A stretch of 50,078 nt of DNA from Lentimonas sp. Its GTDB lineage: Bacteria > Pseudomonadota > Alphaproteobacteria > Rickettsiales > UBA1997. Shown in pieces: positions 37,800 to 47,346 of this stretch. Numbering within the stretch: position 1 is the stretch's first letter; every line of letters starts with the position of its first letter. The stretch is from positions 1 to 50,078 of the forward strand of contig JBLHVR010000003.1 in the NCBI GenBank assembly GCA_047628655.1, written 5' to 3'. A program made the position numbers and the translations under genes. Under the pieces are notes generated by a model, which saw only the letters and a program-made list of their open reading frames with translations, did no database searches and had not been told where the DNA came from.

Positions 37800-39539
37800 A
37801 TGTCTAACCTAGAAAAATTCCGCGACCTCGGTCTATCCGACAAGATGATTGATGCACTTCGTAAAAAAGGCTTTGAAGAGCCAACTCCAATTCAGACCCT
37901 AACTATTCCATTTTTGCTGAGCGGCGACAAAGATGTTGTTGGTCAGGCCCAAACTGGAACTGGTAAAACCGGCGCTTTTGGAATTCCGCTAATTGAAAAT
38001 ATTGAGCCAGATGCTGGCCATGTTCAAGCCTTAATCATGGCTCCAACCCGTGAACTTGCAGTTCAGGTTGCTGAAGAAATCAGCTCTCTTTCACCAGAGC
38101 ACAAAACTAAAGTTCTGGCAATCTATGGTGGACAACCAATTGACCGCCAGATCGACCGCCTTAGAAGAGGGGTTGACATCGTTGTTGGAACTCCGGGAAG
38201 AATAATGGATCACATCGAGCGTAAAACTTTAAAACTTGCCAAAGTTAAATATGTAGTTTTGGATGAAGCTGATGAAATGCTTAACATGGGTTTTGTGGAA
38301 GATATTGAATCAATCCTAAAATCAACTCCTGAAGATAAAAGAATGTTGCTTTTCTCCGCAACAATGCCTGACAACATCATGCGTTTGGCCAAAAGATACA
38401 TGCGTGATTTCGAAGTTGTGGCTGCAAAAAGAGACGCAGTTACTCAAAGCAATATTCAGCAAATTTATTTTGAAGTTGCTCAATATGACAAATTTGAAGC
38501 ATTATTTAGAATAATTGATGTTGAAGAAGAATTTTACGGTGTAATATTTTGCCGCACAAAAATTGATGCCGACGAAATTACCATCAAGCTAATTAATCGT
38601 GGATGCAGAGCTGACGCTCTTCATGGTGATGTTTCACAAGGTCAACGCGAAAGAATATTGAAGAAATTCAAAGACAAAAAAAGCACCATTTTAGTGGCAA
38701 CCGATGTTGCGGCTCGTGGAATTGATGTTGATAACCTAACCCACGTAATTAACTATTCCCTTCCTCAAGATCCAGAAAGCTACGTTCACAGAATTGGCAG
38801 AACTGGAAGAGCAGGAAAAAGTGGAACTGCAATTACTTTAATTACTCCTTCAGAATATCGTAAATTAGCTAATATTCAAAGAGTTGCTAATGCTCAAATT
38901 ACCAAACAAACAGTTCCTAATGTTCAAGCGGTAATTGACAGTAAAAAAGTAAGAATTAAAACCTCGATTGCAGAAATTGTTGAATCTGGAAATTTTGAAG
39001 ATTGCAAAGAAATTGCAGCAGAAATTTTGGCTCAAAGCGATCCTGAAACTGTAGTTGCATCAATTCTAAAGCACGCTTTCAAAGATGAGTTAAGTGAAAA
39101 AAATTACAAAAACATCGAAGAAAGAAGTAACAATAGAAGAACTGATGGAGACAGCAGAGGTGGATATGTTGATCGCAAAGGAGTTGCAAGGTTATTCGTT
39201 GCTAAAGGAAAAGCCGATGGAATGGATCCAGCAAAATTAGCACAATTCATTTCTAGTGAATCTGGCGTTCCATCAAATAAAATTGACGACATTAGGGTAA
39301 TGGATAATTTCTCATTCGTCGCTGCATCTTTTGAAGATGCCGAAGTTGTTTTGAAAGCTTTCCAAAAGAATTCTTCTGGAAGATCAGTTGTTACCAGAGC
39401 TAAAGAAAGAACTGGTGGAGAAAGATCATCTGGCGGCAGAGATGGCGAAAGAAGATCAGGGCCAAGACATGGCGGATCAAGAGGACCAAGATCAGATTCA
39501 AGATCTGGTGGCGGATTCAAACCAAGATTTAATAAATAG
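37800..39539 (+). CDS. deaD: DEAD-box RNA helicase with DbpA RNA-binding domain (DeaD/CsdA-like)
   Basis: Q motif GFEEPTPIQ, AQTGTGKT, PTRELA, DEAD, SAT, ARGID, HRIGRTGRAG, DbpA domain and RG-rich tail. Confidence 0.92.
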   Translation: MSNLEKFRDLGLSDKMIDALRKKGFEEPTPIQTLTIPFLLSGDKDVVGQAQTGTGKTGAFGIPLIENIEPDAGHVQALIMAPTRELAVQVAEEISSLSPEHKTKVLAIYGGQPIDRQIDRLRRGVDIVVGTPGRIMDHIERKTLKLAKVKYVVLDEADEMLNMGFVEDIESILKSTPEDKRMLLFSATMPDNIMRLAKRYMRDFEVVAAKRDAVTQSNIQQIYFEVAQYDKFEALFRIIDVEEEFYGVIFCRTKIDADEITIKLINRGCRADALHGDVSQGQRERILKKFKDKKSTILVATDVAARGIDVDNLTHVINYSLPQDPESYVHRIGRTGRAGKSGTAITLITPSEYRKLANIQRVANAQITKQTVPNVQAVIDSKKVRIKTSIAEIVESGNFEDCKEIAAEILAQSDPETVVASILKHAFKDELSEKNYKNIEERSNNRRTDGDSRGGYVDRKGVARLFVAKGKADGMDPAKLAQFISSESGVPSNKIDDIRVMDNFSFVAASFEDAEVVLKAFQKNSSGRSVVTRAKERTGGERSSGGRDGERRSGPRHGGSRGPRSDSRSGGGFKPRFNK

Positions 39540-39561
39540 ACTACTACTAAAAACTCTCGAG

Positions 39562-39607
39562 GGTTAGATTTACTTAAATTACAAAGCGATTCTTAGTAAA
39601 TCTAACC
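39562..39607 (+). terminator. Stem-loop after deaD (probable terminator)
   Basis: GGTTAGATTTACT-N20-AGTAAATCTAACC, a 13-bp perfect stem; no clear U-tract. Confidence 0.5.
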
Positions 39608-39885
39608 GTAGAAGACCTCCTACGACGAGCACATTCAATAATATTTCCACAAAACTCCCTTAACAGAAATCAAAAATTAATTTTTAATCACCACATTCGA
39701 AAAGATTTACTTAATCCTATGGCATCATTTGATTAATGGAATCTTACACCCAAAATGAGTCTTTAAGAAAAATATTTTGGAAGAAAAGAGCTTAATAAAA
39801 TCATTTCGGGTGACACATGGAATAATTGACTATCACTACCAAAAGAAATTATTTGAGAAAATGGGTTTTATATCGAGGGAAGTAG

Positions 39886-41424
39886 CTATACCCTATCTAT
39901 CACAACTCCATACATTGGATCTTCATCTTTGTTTTTATCAACAGCACAGCCTGATTTTGAAAGCAGGGAAGCACAATCTAAACTCAAACCTCTGTATCTA
40001 ATCTCTTTTCCAGAAACTCCGTATTTAGTCGCCAATTTCTTCAGAGATTCAATTGCGGAATGATCCCAGACGCGGCTATTTTGAAAATCAATAACGATTT
40101 TATCAGGATCTGTTTTGTAATTAAAAATTTCATTAAAGCTGGTAACTGAACCAAAGAATATTGGTCCGTAAATTTCATAAATTTTCTCTCCAGTTCTGTC
40201 ATCAATGCTAATTCTAGCGGTAACATTTCTGGAGCTTTTCCAAACATAAGACAAAGCCGGAACAATAACCCCAATAATTACCGCAATTGCCAAATCATAA
40301 AATACTGTAGTTGCCGAAACCAAAATAATGACAAAAGCATCAACTCTGGGAATGCGATTAATAATTCTTAAACTCGACCAAGCAAAAGTTGAAATAACTA
40401 CAATAAACATCACCCCGACTAAGGCTGCAATTGGAATCATTTCAATTAATGGTGAAGCAATAACAATAAAACTTAGCAAGAATAACGCCGCCGAAGCCGC
40501 TGAAATACGTCTTCTAGCTCCAGAATTAATGTTAATCATTGTTTGTCCAATCATTGCACAACCACCCATTCCACCAAAAAATCCAGTTACTAAATTACCA
40601 ATTCCCTGCGCCGTACATTCCTTACTTTTACGACCTTTACTTTCGGTCATTTCGTCAACAATTGTTAAAGCAAGCAAACTTTCAATAAGACCGATAAAGG
40701 CTAAAATTAATGAATAAGGCAGAATTATTTTTAAAGTTTCGAAACTAAAATCAACCTGTGGAATGTGAAATTGTGGAAATCCTCCAGCAATACTAGCCAT
40801 ATCTCCAACCGTTCTAGTGTCGATATTAAAGAACCAAACAATACCCAAAACGGTAATTATTGCCGCCAATGAAGAAGGGATAATTTTGGTAAATTTTGGC
40901 AAAAAATGCGCAATTCCCATGGTTAAAGCAATAAGTCCAACCATGACATAAAGAGTTGATCCTGCAATCCATTGACTAATTTCACCTTCTCCAGCTATTT
41001 TAAATTGCCCTAATTGTGAAAGGAAAATTACAATTGCTAATCCATTAACGAAACCCAACATTACCGGATATGGCACGATACGGATGAATTTTCCCAGGCG
41101 AAAAATTCCGCAGAAAATTTGAATAACTCCCATCAAAACTACGGTAGCGAATAAATATTGCACCCCGTGCGAAGCAACCAGTGAAACCATTACCACCGCT
41201 AAAGCACCAGTTGCACCCGAAACCATTCCTGGTCTACCGCCAATTAAAGCGGTTATTAAGCCCATAAAGAATGCCGCGTAAAGACCAACTAAAGGATGGA
41301 CGCCAGCCACAAAAGCAAAAGCCACAGCCTCTGGAACCAACGCAATTGCAACTGTTAAACCAGATAAAATTTCAGTTTTTGCCTGAAAGAAAGTTAACTT
41401 AGGAAAGCTTAATTTTTTAAACAT
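39886..41424 (-). CDS. SulP/SLC26 family anion (bicarbonate/sulfate) transporter with STAS domain
   Basis: EILSGLTVAIALVPEAVAF, GGRPGMVSGATGA, GFVNGLAIVIF, GGMGGCAMIGQT, C-terminal STAS (GPIFFGS, DHSAIE). Confidence 0.92.
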   Translation of the reverse strand: MFKKLSFPKLTFFQAKTEILSGLTVAIALVPEAVAFAFVAGVHPLVGLYAAFFMGLITALIGGRPGMVSGATGALAVVMVSLVASHGVQYLFATVVLMGVIQIFCGIFRLGKFIRIVPYPVMLGFVNGLAIVIFLSQLGQFKIAGEGEISQWIAGSTLYVMVGLIALTMGIAHFLPKFTKIIPSSLAAIITVLGIVWFFNIDTRTVGDMASIAGGFPQFHIPQVDFSFETLKIILPYSLILAFIGLIESLLALTIVDEMTESKGRKSKECTAQGIGNLVTGFFGGMGGCAMIGQTMININSGARRRISAASAALFLLSFIVIASPLIEMIPIAALVGVMFIVVISTFAWSSLRIINRIPRVDAFVIILVSATTVFYDLAIAVIIGVIVPALSYVWKSSRNVTARISIDDRTGEKIYEIYGPIFFGSVTSFNEIFNYKTDPDKIVIDFQNSRVWDHSAIESLKKLATKYGVSGKEIRYRGLSLDCASLLSKSGCAVDKNKDEDPMYGVVIDRV

Positions 41425-41524
41425 TAGATTAGTTTTAAAGATGGGGAATTTGAAAGGGCCGAACTTTAAATATTAAAGCGGAAAATACCACTTATTATTA
41501 ATTTCCGCCCTTAAGTAAGCAGCC

Positions 41525-43186
41525 TTAGAGGGAGTAATTATTTTTTATTAAGTTTATTAACCAATGCTTTTCATCTTCGACCAGAATGTCTTTCAATTTT
41601 TTGTAAATTTCTTGATGATAATTAGAAAGCCATTTCTTTTCTGGATAGGTCATCATTTTAAAATCAATCAATTTTGGGTCAAGCGGCGCGCAGGTCAAAG
41701 TTTCAAAGCCCAGAAAACCATCACCCAAATCAATAACTCGCATTAAATTCTCAATTCTAATGCCATATTTTCCCACCTCATAATATCCCGGCTCATTAGA
41801 AAGAATCATTCCCGCTTGTAAAGCTATCCCATCACTTCGCTTGCTAATGGAAGGAGGAGCTTCATGAACTCCTGAAAAGCTTCCAACTCCGTGACCAGTG
41901 CCATGAGCGTAGTCTTTCTTGGCTTGCCAAAGATGAAATCTAGCCAGAATATCTAACTCACAACCCTTGGTTCCCAGTGGAAACTTAGCCCGAGCAATTG
42001 CAATGTGACCTTTTAAGACGCGAGTAAAATCTCCAATCATGTCACTTGTAGGTTCCCCAATTGCAACGGTACGAGTAACGTCTGTGGTTCCACCTAAATA
42101 TTGCCCGCCAGAATCAACCAAAAACAATGAGTTTCCTTCAAATTTCTTATTAGTTTCCTCATTAACTTGATAATGAATAATGGCGCCATTAGAGCCAAAT
42201 CCGGCAATAGTTTCAAAACTTGGGTAAATAAATGATTTATTTTCTTGGCGAAATTCTAATAGTTTTTGTGAAGCGGTTAGTTCATCAATTTCTTGATTAT
42301 TATTTAGCCAAAATAAAAACCTCGTCAAAGCGCAGCCATCAATTTCATGAGTTTTAATGGCATTTTCAATTTCAACATCATTCTTCAAAGCCTTTAAAAT
42401 CAAACAAGGGTCAATCTGATTCTCAACATCAATTCCCAACTTACTAAATTCTTCAGAAAGCCAGAAATTAGCATTGCTAAAATCGGTTTGAATGATTTTT
42501 ATTTTTGCTGAAACTTTTGGTAATTGATTTTTGAATAATTCAAATTCACCATTTTTAAAAATAATCGCAAAAGTTAAATGAAGTGGAGTGCATTGAACAT
42601 CTGAAGCACGAATATTTAAAAGCCAACAAATTGAAGCTGGATCAGTCAACAAAATAGCCTCACTTTCGTTCAAATTTTTAGTTATTTTAGAAATTTTAGA
42701 TTCAGATGATTCGCCGCAATATTTCAAATCGTGATTAAAAATTTCAGTTTTTGGTGGCTGAGGTTGATTTTCCCAGATTTCATCAACCGGATTTTCTGGC
42801 AAGTAAATCAAATTATTACCGAAAATTTCTCGATATTTTTGAATTTGCTTTATAGTGTGAAGCCTTGGATCAAAACCAATTTTTTTATCTTGAACATTCT
42901 CCTTCAACCAATCTAAAGGTAATTTTTTACTCAAATTAAAAATATCGAAATCCTTATCATTAACCTGTGAAGCGGCTTGAAGAGTATATCTTCCATCAGT
43001 AAAAAAAGATGATTTATTCTGGCTGATAATCGCAAAAGCATTAGAACCAGTAAAACCAGTAATAAACTCTAGTCTTTTGGCATATTCCGGTAAATATTCA
43101 CTGTTAAACTCATCAGAATTTGGCAACAGTAAAAATTCAATTTTTAATTTCTGCAGGACTTCTTTTAGGTTCTTTAAATTATTCAT
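41525..43186 (-). CDS. pepP: Xaa-Pro aminopeptidase (M24B)
   Basis: SEY.P...RL..ITGFTGS, DGRYTLQA, DSGGQYL.GTTDVTRT, HGTGHGVG, HE, SNEPGYY, GIRIEN. Confidence 0.92.
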   Translation of the reverse strand: MNNLKNLKEVLQKLKIEFLLLPNSDEFNSEYLPEYAKRLEFITGFTGSNAFAIISQNKSSFFTDGRYTLQAASQVNDKDFDIFNLSKKLPLDWLKENVQDKKIGFDPRLHTIKQIQKYREIFGNNLIYLPENPVDEIWENQPQPPKTEIFNHDLKYCGESSESKISKITKNLNESEAILLTDPASICWLLNIRASDVQCTPLHLTFAIIFKNGEFELFKNQLPKVSAKIKIIQTDFSNANFWLSEEFSKLGIDVENQIDPCLILKALKNDVEIENAIKTHEIDGCALTRFLFWLNNNQEIDELTASQKLLEFRQENKSFIYPSFETIAGFGSNGAIIHYQVNEETNKKFEGNSLFLVDSGGQYLGGTTDVTRTVAIGEPTSDMIGDFTRVLKGHIAIARAKFPLGTKGCELDILARFHLWQAKKDYAHGTGHGVGSFSGVHEAPPSISKRSDGIALQAGMILSNEPGYYEVGKYGIRIENLMRVIDLGDGFLGFETLTCAPLDPKLIDFKMMTYPEKKWLSNYHQEIYKKLKDILVEDEKHWLINLIKNNYSL

Positions 43187-43271
43187 TATTTATTCTGGTT
43201 TTATTTGATTTTCTTGAATGTCTTCTGCATAATCCGCAGCTTCCAAAATTCAACAATAAAACTTCCAATAA

Positions 43272-44213
43272 ATGTCAAAAATACATAAATCAAAAGTAAT
43301 CATCATCGGTTCGGGCCCAGCAGGATACAGCGCAGCAATTTACGCAGCAAGAGCAAATTTACAGCCAATTTTAGTTCATGGAATGCAACCAGGAGGACAA
43401 TTAACCATTACCACCGATGTTGAAAATTACCCCGGTTTTGCCGACGCAATTCAAGGTCCATGGCTTATGGAGCAGATGGAAGCGCAAGCCAAGAATGTAG
43501 GAACCAACATTATTTCTGATCACATTAAAGAAGTCGATTTTTCTAAAAAACCATTCACTCTAATTGGTGAATCTGATGATGTTTATGAGGCAGATTCAAT
43601 CATCATTTGCACCGGAGCCCAAGCAAAATGGCTTGGAATACCTTCTGAAAAGAAATTCCAAGGATATGGGGTTTCAGGATGTGCAACTTGTGATGCTTTT
43701 TTCTTTAAAAACAAAGAAGTAATTGTTGTTGGTGGAGGAAATACCGCAATGGAAGAAGCTTTATTCTTAACCAATCATTGCAGCAAAGTTTACCTTGTTC
43801 ATAGAAGAGATAAATTCCGTGGTGAGAAAATTCTGGAAGATCGCCTATTTAAAAATGATAAAATTGAAATAATTTGGAATCATGAATTGCAAGAAGTTTT
43901 AGGTGAAGAAAACCCAAATAATGTGACGGGTGCAATTTTGAAAAATAGCCTAAATGGAGAAACTAAGGAAATGAAGATAGATGGAATTTTCATCGCTATT
44001 GGCCACAAACCAAATACTGGATTATTTAAAGAAACCGGCTTGGAAATGGATGATGAAGGATATTTAGCAACCAAAGCTGGAACCGCAACCACTAATTTGG
44101 AAGGTATTTTTGCAGCTGGAGATGTTCAAGATAAAATTTACCGTCAAGCAGTTACTGCCGCCGGAACTGGCTGTATGGCAGCTCTAGAAGTTGAGAAATA
44201 TCTAGCAGAATAA
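43272..44213 (+). CDS. trxB: Thioredoxin-disulfide reductase
   Basis: IIGSGPAGY, GGQL..TT.VENYPG, CATCD, VVGGGNTA.EEA, AAGDV.D..YRQA.TAAG.GC. Confidence 0.97.
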   Translation: MSKIHKSKVIIIGSGPAGYSAAIYAARANLQPILVHGMQPGGQLTITTDVENYPGFADAIQGPWLMEQMEAQAKNVGTNIISDHIKEVDFSKKPFTLIGESDDVYEADSIIICTGAQAKWLGIPSEKKFQGYGVSGCATCDAFFFKNKEVIVVGGGNTAMEEALFLTNHCSKVYLVHRRDKFRGEKILEDRLFKNDKIEIIWNHELQEVLGEENPNNVTGAILKNSLNGETKEMKIDGIFIAIGHKPNTGLFKETGLEMDDEGYLATKAGTATTNLEGIFAAGDVQDKIYRQAVTAAGTGCMAALEVEKYLAE

Positions 44214-44221
44214 TATTTCTT

Positions 44222-44251
44222 CTACCATCCTCAATTACTCGAGGATGGTAG
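44222..44251. terminator. Hairpin between convergent trxB and icd (probable bidirectional terminator)
   Basis: CTACCATCCTC-AATTACTC-GAGGATGGTAG, an 11-bp perfect stem. Confidence 0.6.
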
Positions 44252-44264
44252 CTTAGGCTAAATA

Positions 44265-45470
44265 TTACTTATTCAACTCTTCTCTAACCTTCAGAATAAA
44301 TCCTTCAGTATCCAAATAATCTTTTTTCCCTGTTAAAAGAGCCAAATCTTTGGTCATAAAGCCAGATTCAATGGTTTTAATAACAGCACCCTCCAATTTG
44401 TCGGTAAAGTTCTTAAGCTCTTCATTTCCATCTAATTTTGCTCTGTGAGCCAATCCGAGAGACCAAGCAAAAATTGAAGCAACAGAATTGGTGGAAGTTT
44501 TTTCTCCACGCTGATGAGCGCGATAATGGCGAGTTACAGTTCCATGAGCTGCTTCTGCTTCCACAGTTTTTCCATCTGGAGAAATTAGAATTGAACTCAT
44601 TAAACCCAAAGATCCAAAACCTTGAGCCAAACTGTCTGACTGAACATCTCCGTCATAGTTTTTACAAGACCAAACAAAACCACCTTCGGTTTTTAAAGCG
44701 TAAGCTACCATATCATCAATTAGGCGATGTTCGTAATAAATTCCAGCTGCTTTAAATTTATCTTCAAATTCTTCTTCATAAATTTTTTGAAAAACATCAA
44801 CAAATTCAGTGTCGTAAATTTTCAGAATTGTGTCTTTAGTGGATAAGAAAAGTGGCCATTTTTTCGTTAAAGCCATATTCATTGAAGCGTAAGCAAACTC
44901 GGTAATTGACTTAGTTGTGTTATACATTGCCATTGCAATTCCACCAGAATCTTTAAAATCAAAAACTTCATTTTCCTCTATTTCACCATTTTCCTTAACT
45001 ACTTTTAAGAAAACTTTTGAACCTTGCTCAGTTTTAATGTCGAAAGCTTTATATTGATCACCAAAAGCGTGACGACCGATGCAGATTGGTTTTTTCCAGG
45101 TATTCACAATTCTAGGAACATTAGAAACCACAATTGGCTCTCTAAAAACAGTTCCACCAATAATGTTACGAATTGTGCCGTTTGGTGAACGATAAATTTT
45201 CTTTAAATTAAATTCTTTTTGACGATCTGGAGTTGGTGTTATTGTGGCGCATTTAATAGCAACGTTAAATTCTTTGGTCGCTTCTGCCGCGTCAATTGTA
45301 ATTTTATCGTCTGTTTCATCGCGTTTTTCAACACTTAGATCGAAATATTTAATGTCTAAATCTAAATAAGGAGTAATTAAATTATCTTTAATCATTTTCC
45401 ACATAATGCGCGCCATTTCGTCGCCATCAATTTCAACAATAGGGTTTTTAACTTTAATTTTTTGAGTCAT
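44265..45470 (-). CDS. icd: NADP-dependent isocitrate dehydrogenase (eukaryote-like type II)
   Basis: [64 protein letters not shown]. Confidence 0.97.
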   Translation of the reverse strand: MTQKIKVKNPIVEIDGDEMARIMWKMIKDNLITPYLDLDIKYFDLSVEKRDETDDKITIDAAEATKEFNVAIKCATITPTPDRQKEFNLKKIYRSPNGTIRNIIGGTVFREPIVVSNVPRIVNTWKKPICIGRHAFGDQYKAFDIKTEQGSKVFLKVVKENGEIEENEVFDFKDSGGIAMAMYNTTKSITEFAYASMNMALTKKWPLFLSTKDTILKIYDTEFVDVFQKIYEEEFEDKFKAAGIYYEHRLIDDMVAYALKTEGGFVWSCKNYDGDVQSDSLAQGFGSLGLMSSILISPDGKTVEAEAAHGTVTRHYRAHQRGEKTSTNSVASIFAWSLGLAHRAKLDGNEELKNFTDKLEGAVIKTIESGFMTKDLALLTGKKDYLDTEGFILKVREELNK

Positions 45471-45485
45471 TTTTATTTAGTTTAA

Positions 45486-45896
45486 TTATTTTGTTATGGT
45501 TACAAAGCCCAAATTACTAATTCCAGCATTATTAGCTAAAGCCATGATTTGGGTAATTTTTTCATATTTAGTGTCGCGATCAGCATTTAATCTTAATTCA
45601 ACATTAGGATTGTTACTGGACGCTTCTTTCAACATATTTGTCAATTCTGTCTCATTAACCGCTTGGTCATTAAAAAATAACTGACCATTATCGTCTAGAT
45701 TAATATTAATTACATCATCTTTTTTTGGGTAAACGGCAGAATTAGCATTGGGCAATTTAACATTAATATTACCCGTAATTAATGGAGCGGTAATTATGAA
45801 GATAATAAGTAAAACCAACATTACATCCACCAGAGGAGTAGTGTTAATTTCGCTCATCGGAGCATTATTTTGTCTATTAAAACCGCCAAATGACAT
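45486..45896 (-). CDS. exbD: Biopolymer transporter ExbD
   Basis: EINTTPLVDVMLVLLIIFIITAP, L.ADR...Y, AGI..LGFVT. Confidence 0.93.
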   Translation of the reverse strand: MSFGGFNRQNNAPMSEINTTPLVDVMLVLLIIFIITAPLITGNINVKLPNANSAVYPKKDDVININLDDNGQLFFNDQAVNETELTNMLKEASSNNPNVELRLNADRDTKYEKITQIMALANNAGISNLGFVTITK

Positions 45897-45897
45897 A

Positions 45898-46584
45898 TTA
45901 TTTTCTGTTAGAATTTTTCATTCCATTATTCAAAAATGAATAAATATCATTAGCAAAACCGTCTATTTCCATCAATTCTAAGCGATTTAAACGCACAAAA
46001 GAGTTGTAAGCAAGAACTGCAGGAATTGCCACAAATAGGCCAGCTGCTGTAATAATTAACGCCTCTCCCACCGGCCCTGAAACCTGATCTAAACTTGCGG
46101 CACCATTGGCAGAAATTCCTATCAAAGCTTTATAAATTCCATAGACGGTTCCAAATAAACCAACAAAGGGAGAAATTGCACCAATTGAAGCGAGCATTGT
46201 TAAGCCAGATTCCAATTTAGCAGTGCTGCGATTAATTCCCTGCCTTAAGGTTCTGGTAATGAATTCTCCCCGTGAAAGACCGTGCTCAATGTGATTATCG
46301 GCATCTTCATCAAAATGTTCTGCCGCTTCAACCGCTTGGTTTGCTAGATTAAAAAATGCATTATTTTCACCAACTTCTCGCTTCAAAACATCGTTTGCTT
46401 TGCGAACCGTAACTTCTAGCCAAAATTTATCTAAGGCCTCTAAAACCCTTCTTTGCTTTACAAAATGGCAGGTTTTACTAACAATTTGTGTCCAGCTTAA
46501 GATTGACATTGTCAAGAGCATTAAAGATACCAAATAAATTACCCAGTCTGCACTACGCCAAAAGCCTTCAATTCCACTTTCCAT
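45898..46584 (-). CDS. exbB: MotA/TolQ/ExbB proton channel protein ExbB
   Basis: LASIGAISPFVGLFGTVYGI, V.GPVGEALI.TA.GL.VAIPAVLAYN; lies between tonB and exbD. Confidence 0.92.
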   Translation of the reverse strand: MESGIEGFWRSADWVIYLVSLMLLTMSILSWTQIVSKTCHFVKQRRVLEALDKFWLEVTVRKANDVLKREVGENNAFFNLANQAVEAAEHFDEDADNHIEHGLSRGEFITRTLRQGINRSTAKLESGLTMLASIGAISPFVGLFGTVYGIYKALIGISANGAASLDQVSGPVGEALIITAAGLFVAIPAVLAYNSFVRLNRLELMEIDGFANDIYSFLNNGMKNSNRK

Positions 46585-46586
46585 AA

Positions 46587-47231
46587 TTATTCTAAAATAA
46601 AGTTAACAGGAATTTGCACCTTAGAGGTTACAAATTGATTATTTTTTTTTGCAGCAATAAATTGCCAATTTTTAACAGCATTTGAAGCCGCCTCATCAAG
46701 CCTTTTAAAACCTGAAGATTTTACAATTTTCATTTTCTGTGAATTTCCCAAAATATCAACCACAACTTCAAGAAGGACCAAACCTTCTTCTTTTAAAGTT
46801 TTCGACATTGAAGGATATGAAGGAGCCTTATTATTTAAATAGGCAGCGTCAAAGATAATCTGAGAATTATTAGAAAACGCAACATTGGATTTAGAAAATT
46901 CCAAATCTTCTTTATCAATCTTCTTTAATAAGTCTGGTTTCTTTTCTGGTTTCTTTTCTGGTTTCTTTTCTGGTTTCTTTTCTGGTTTCTTTTCTGGTTT
47001 CTTTTCTGGTTTCTTTTCTGGTTTCTTTTCTGGTTTATCTTTTTTTACAGCCTTGGTAATTGAATTTTCTTTAGTTGTACTAGAAGTAATTGTTAAATTA
47101 CTAACCTTTACATTAAATGATAACATGGGGGTTTGTTGCGGAGCATCATCAAAATTAAAAAATATTAAAAACAATATTATTAAATGACCAATTACAACAA
47201 TTAGGAGGGAGGTTTTTGCTTCTGTAAACAC
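46587..47231 (-). CDS. tonB: Energy transducer TonB
   Basis: N-terminal TM helix with His, Lys/Pro/Glu linker, YLNN..P.YP, EEG.V, SSG..RLD.AA..AV..W.F, P..F.L; GTG start. Confidence 0.9.
   Translation of the reverse strand: MFTEAKTSLLIVVIGHLIILFLIFFNFDDAPQQTPMLSFNVKVSNLTITSSTTKENSITKAVKKDKPEKKPEKKPEKKPEKKPEKKPEKKPEKKPEKKPDLLKKIDKEDLEFSKSNVAFSNNSQIIFDAAYLNNKAPSYPSMSKTLKEEGLVLLEVVVDILGNSQKMKIVKSSGFKRLDEAASNAVKNWQFIAAKKNNQFVTSKVQIPVNFILE
46933..47036. repeat. 12-bp tandem repeat (TCTGGTTTCTTT x8 plus a partial copy) encoding (EKKP)n in TonB
   Basis: Eight identical copies at 46933-47028, followed by a partial copy. Confidence 0.95.
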
Positions 47232-47262
47232 TTAAATTAAAAACAGCTTAAATTTAACTTGT

Positions 47263-47294
47263 GCCAAACTCTCTATTTAACGATGGAGTTTGGC
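47263..47294 (-). terminator. Hairpin between the TonB-dependent receptor and tonB (attenuator, terminator or mRNA stabiliser)
   Basis: GCCAAACTC-N14-GAGTTTGGC. Confidence 0.45.
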
Positions 47295-47346
47295 TTCAAT
47301 AACAGATATCAATATTTGGTGTATTAGAAATGTCAATATTTTTTAA

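Noticed and set aside
39608-39885. Possible IS200-like remnant or 74-aa ORF between deaD and sulP
   Set aside because: Only a vague LRKIFWK stretch with no HUH motif; the ORF overlaps sulP in antisense.
46933-47036. CRISPR-like repeat array
   Set aside because: Adjacent 12-bp units with no spacers, inside a coding sequence, and no cas genes.
47237-47251. CtrA-type TTAA-N7-TTAA box before tonB
   Set aside because: Expected by chance at this AT content, with no supporting context.
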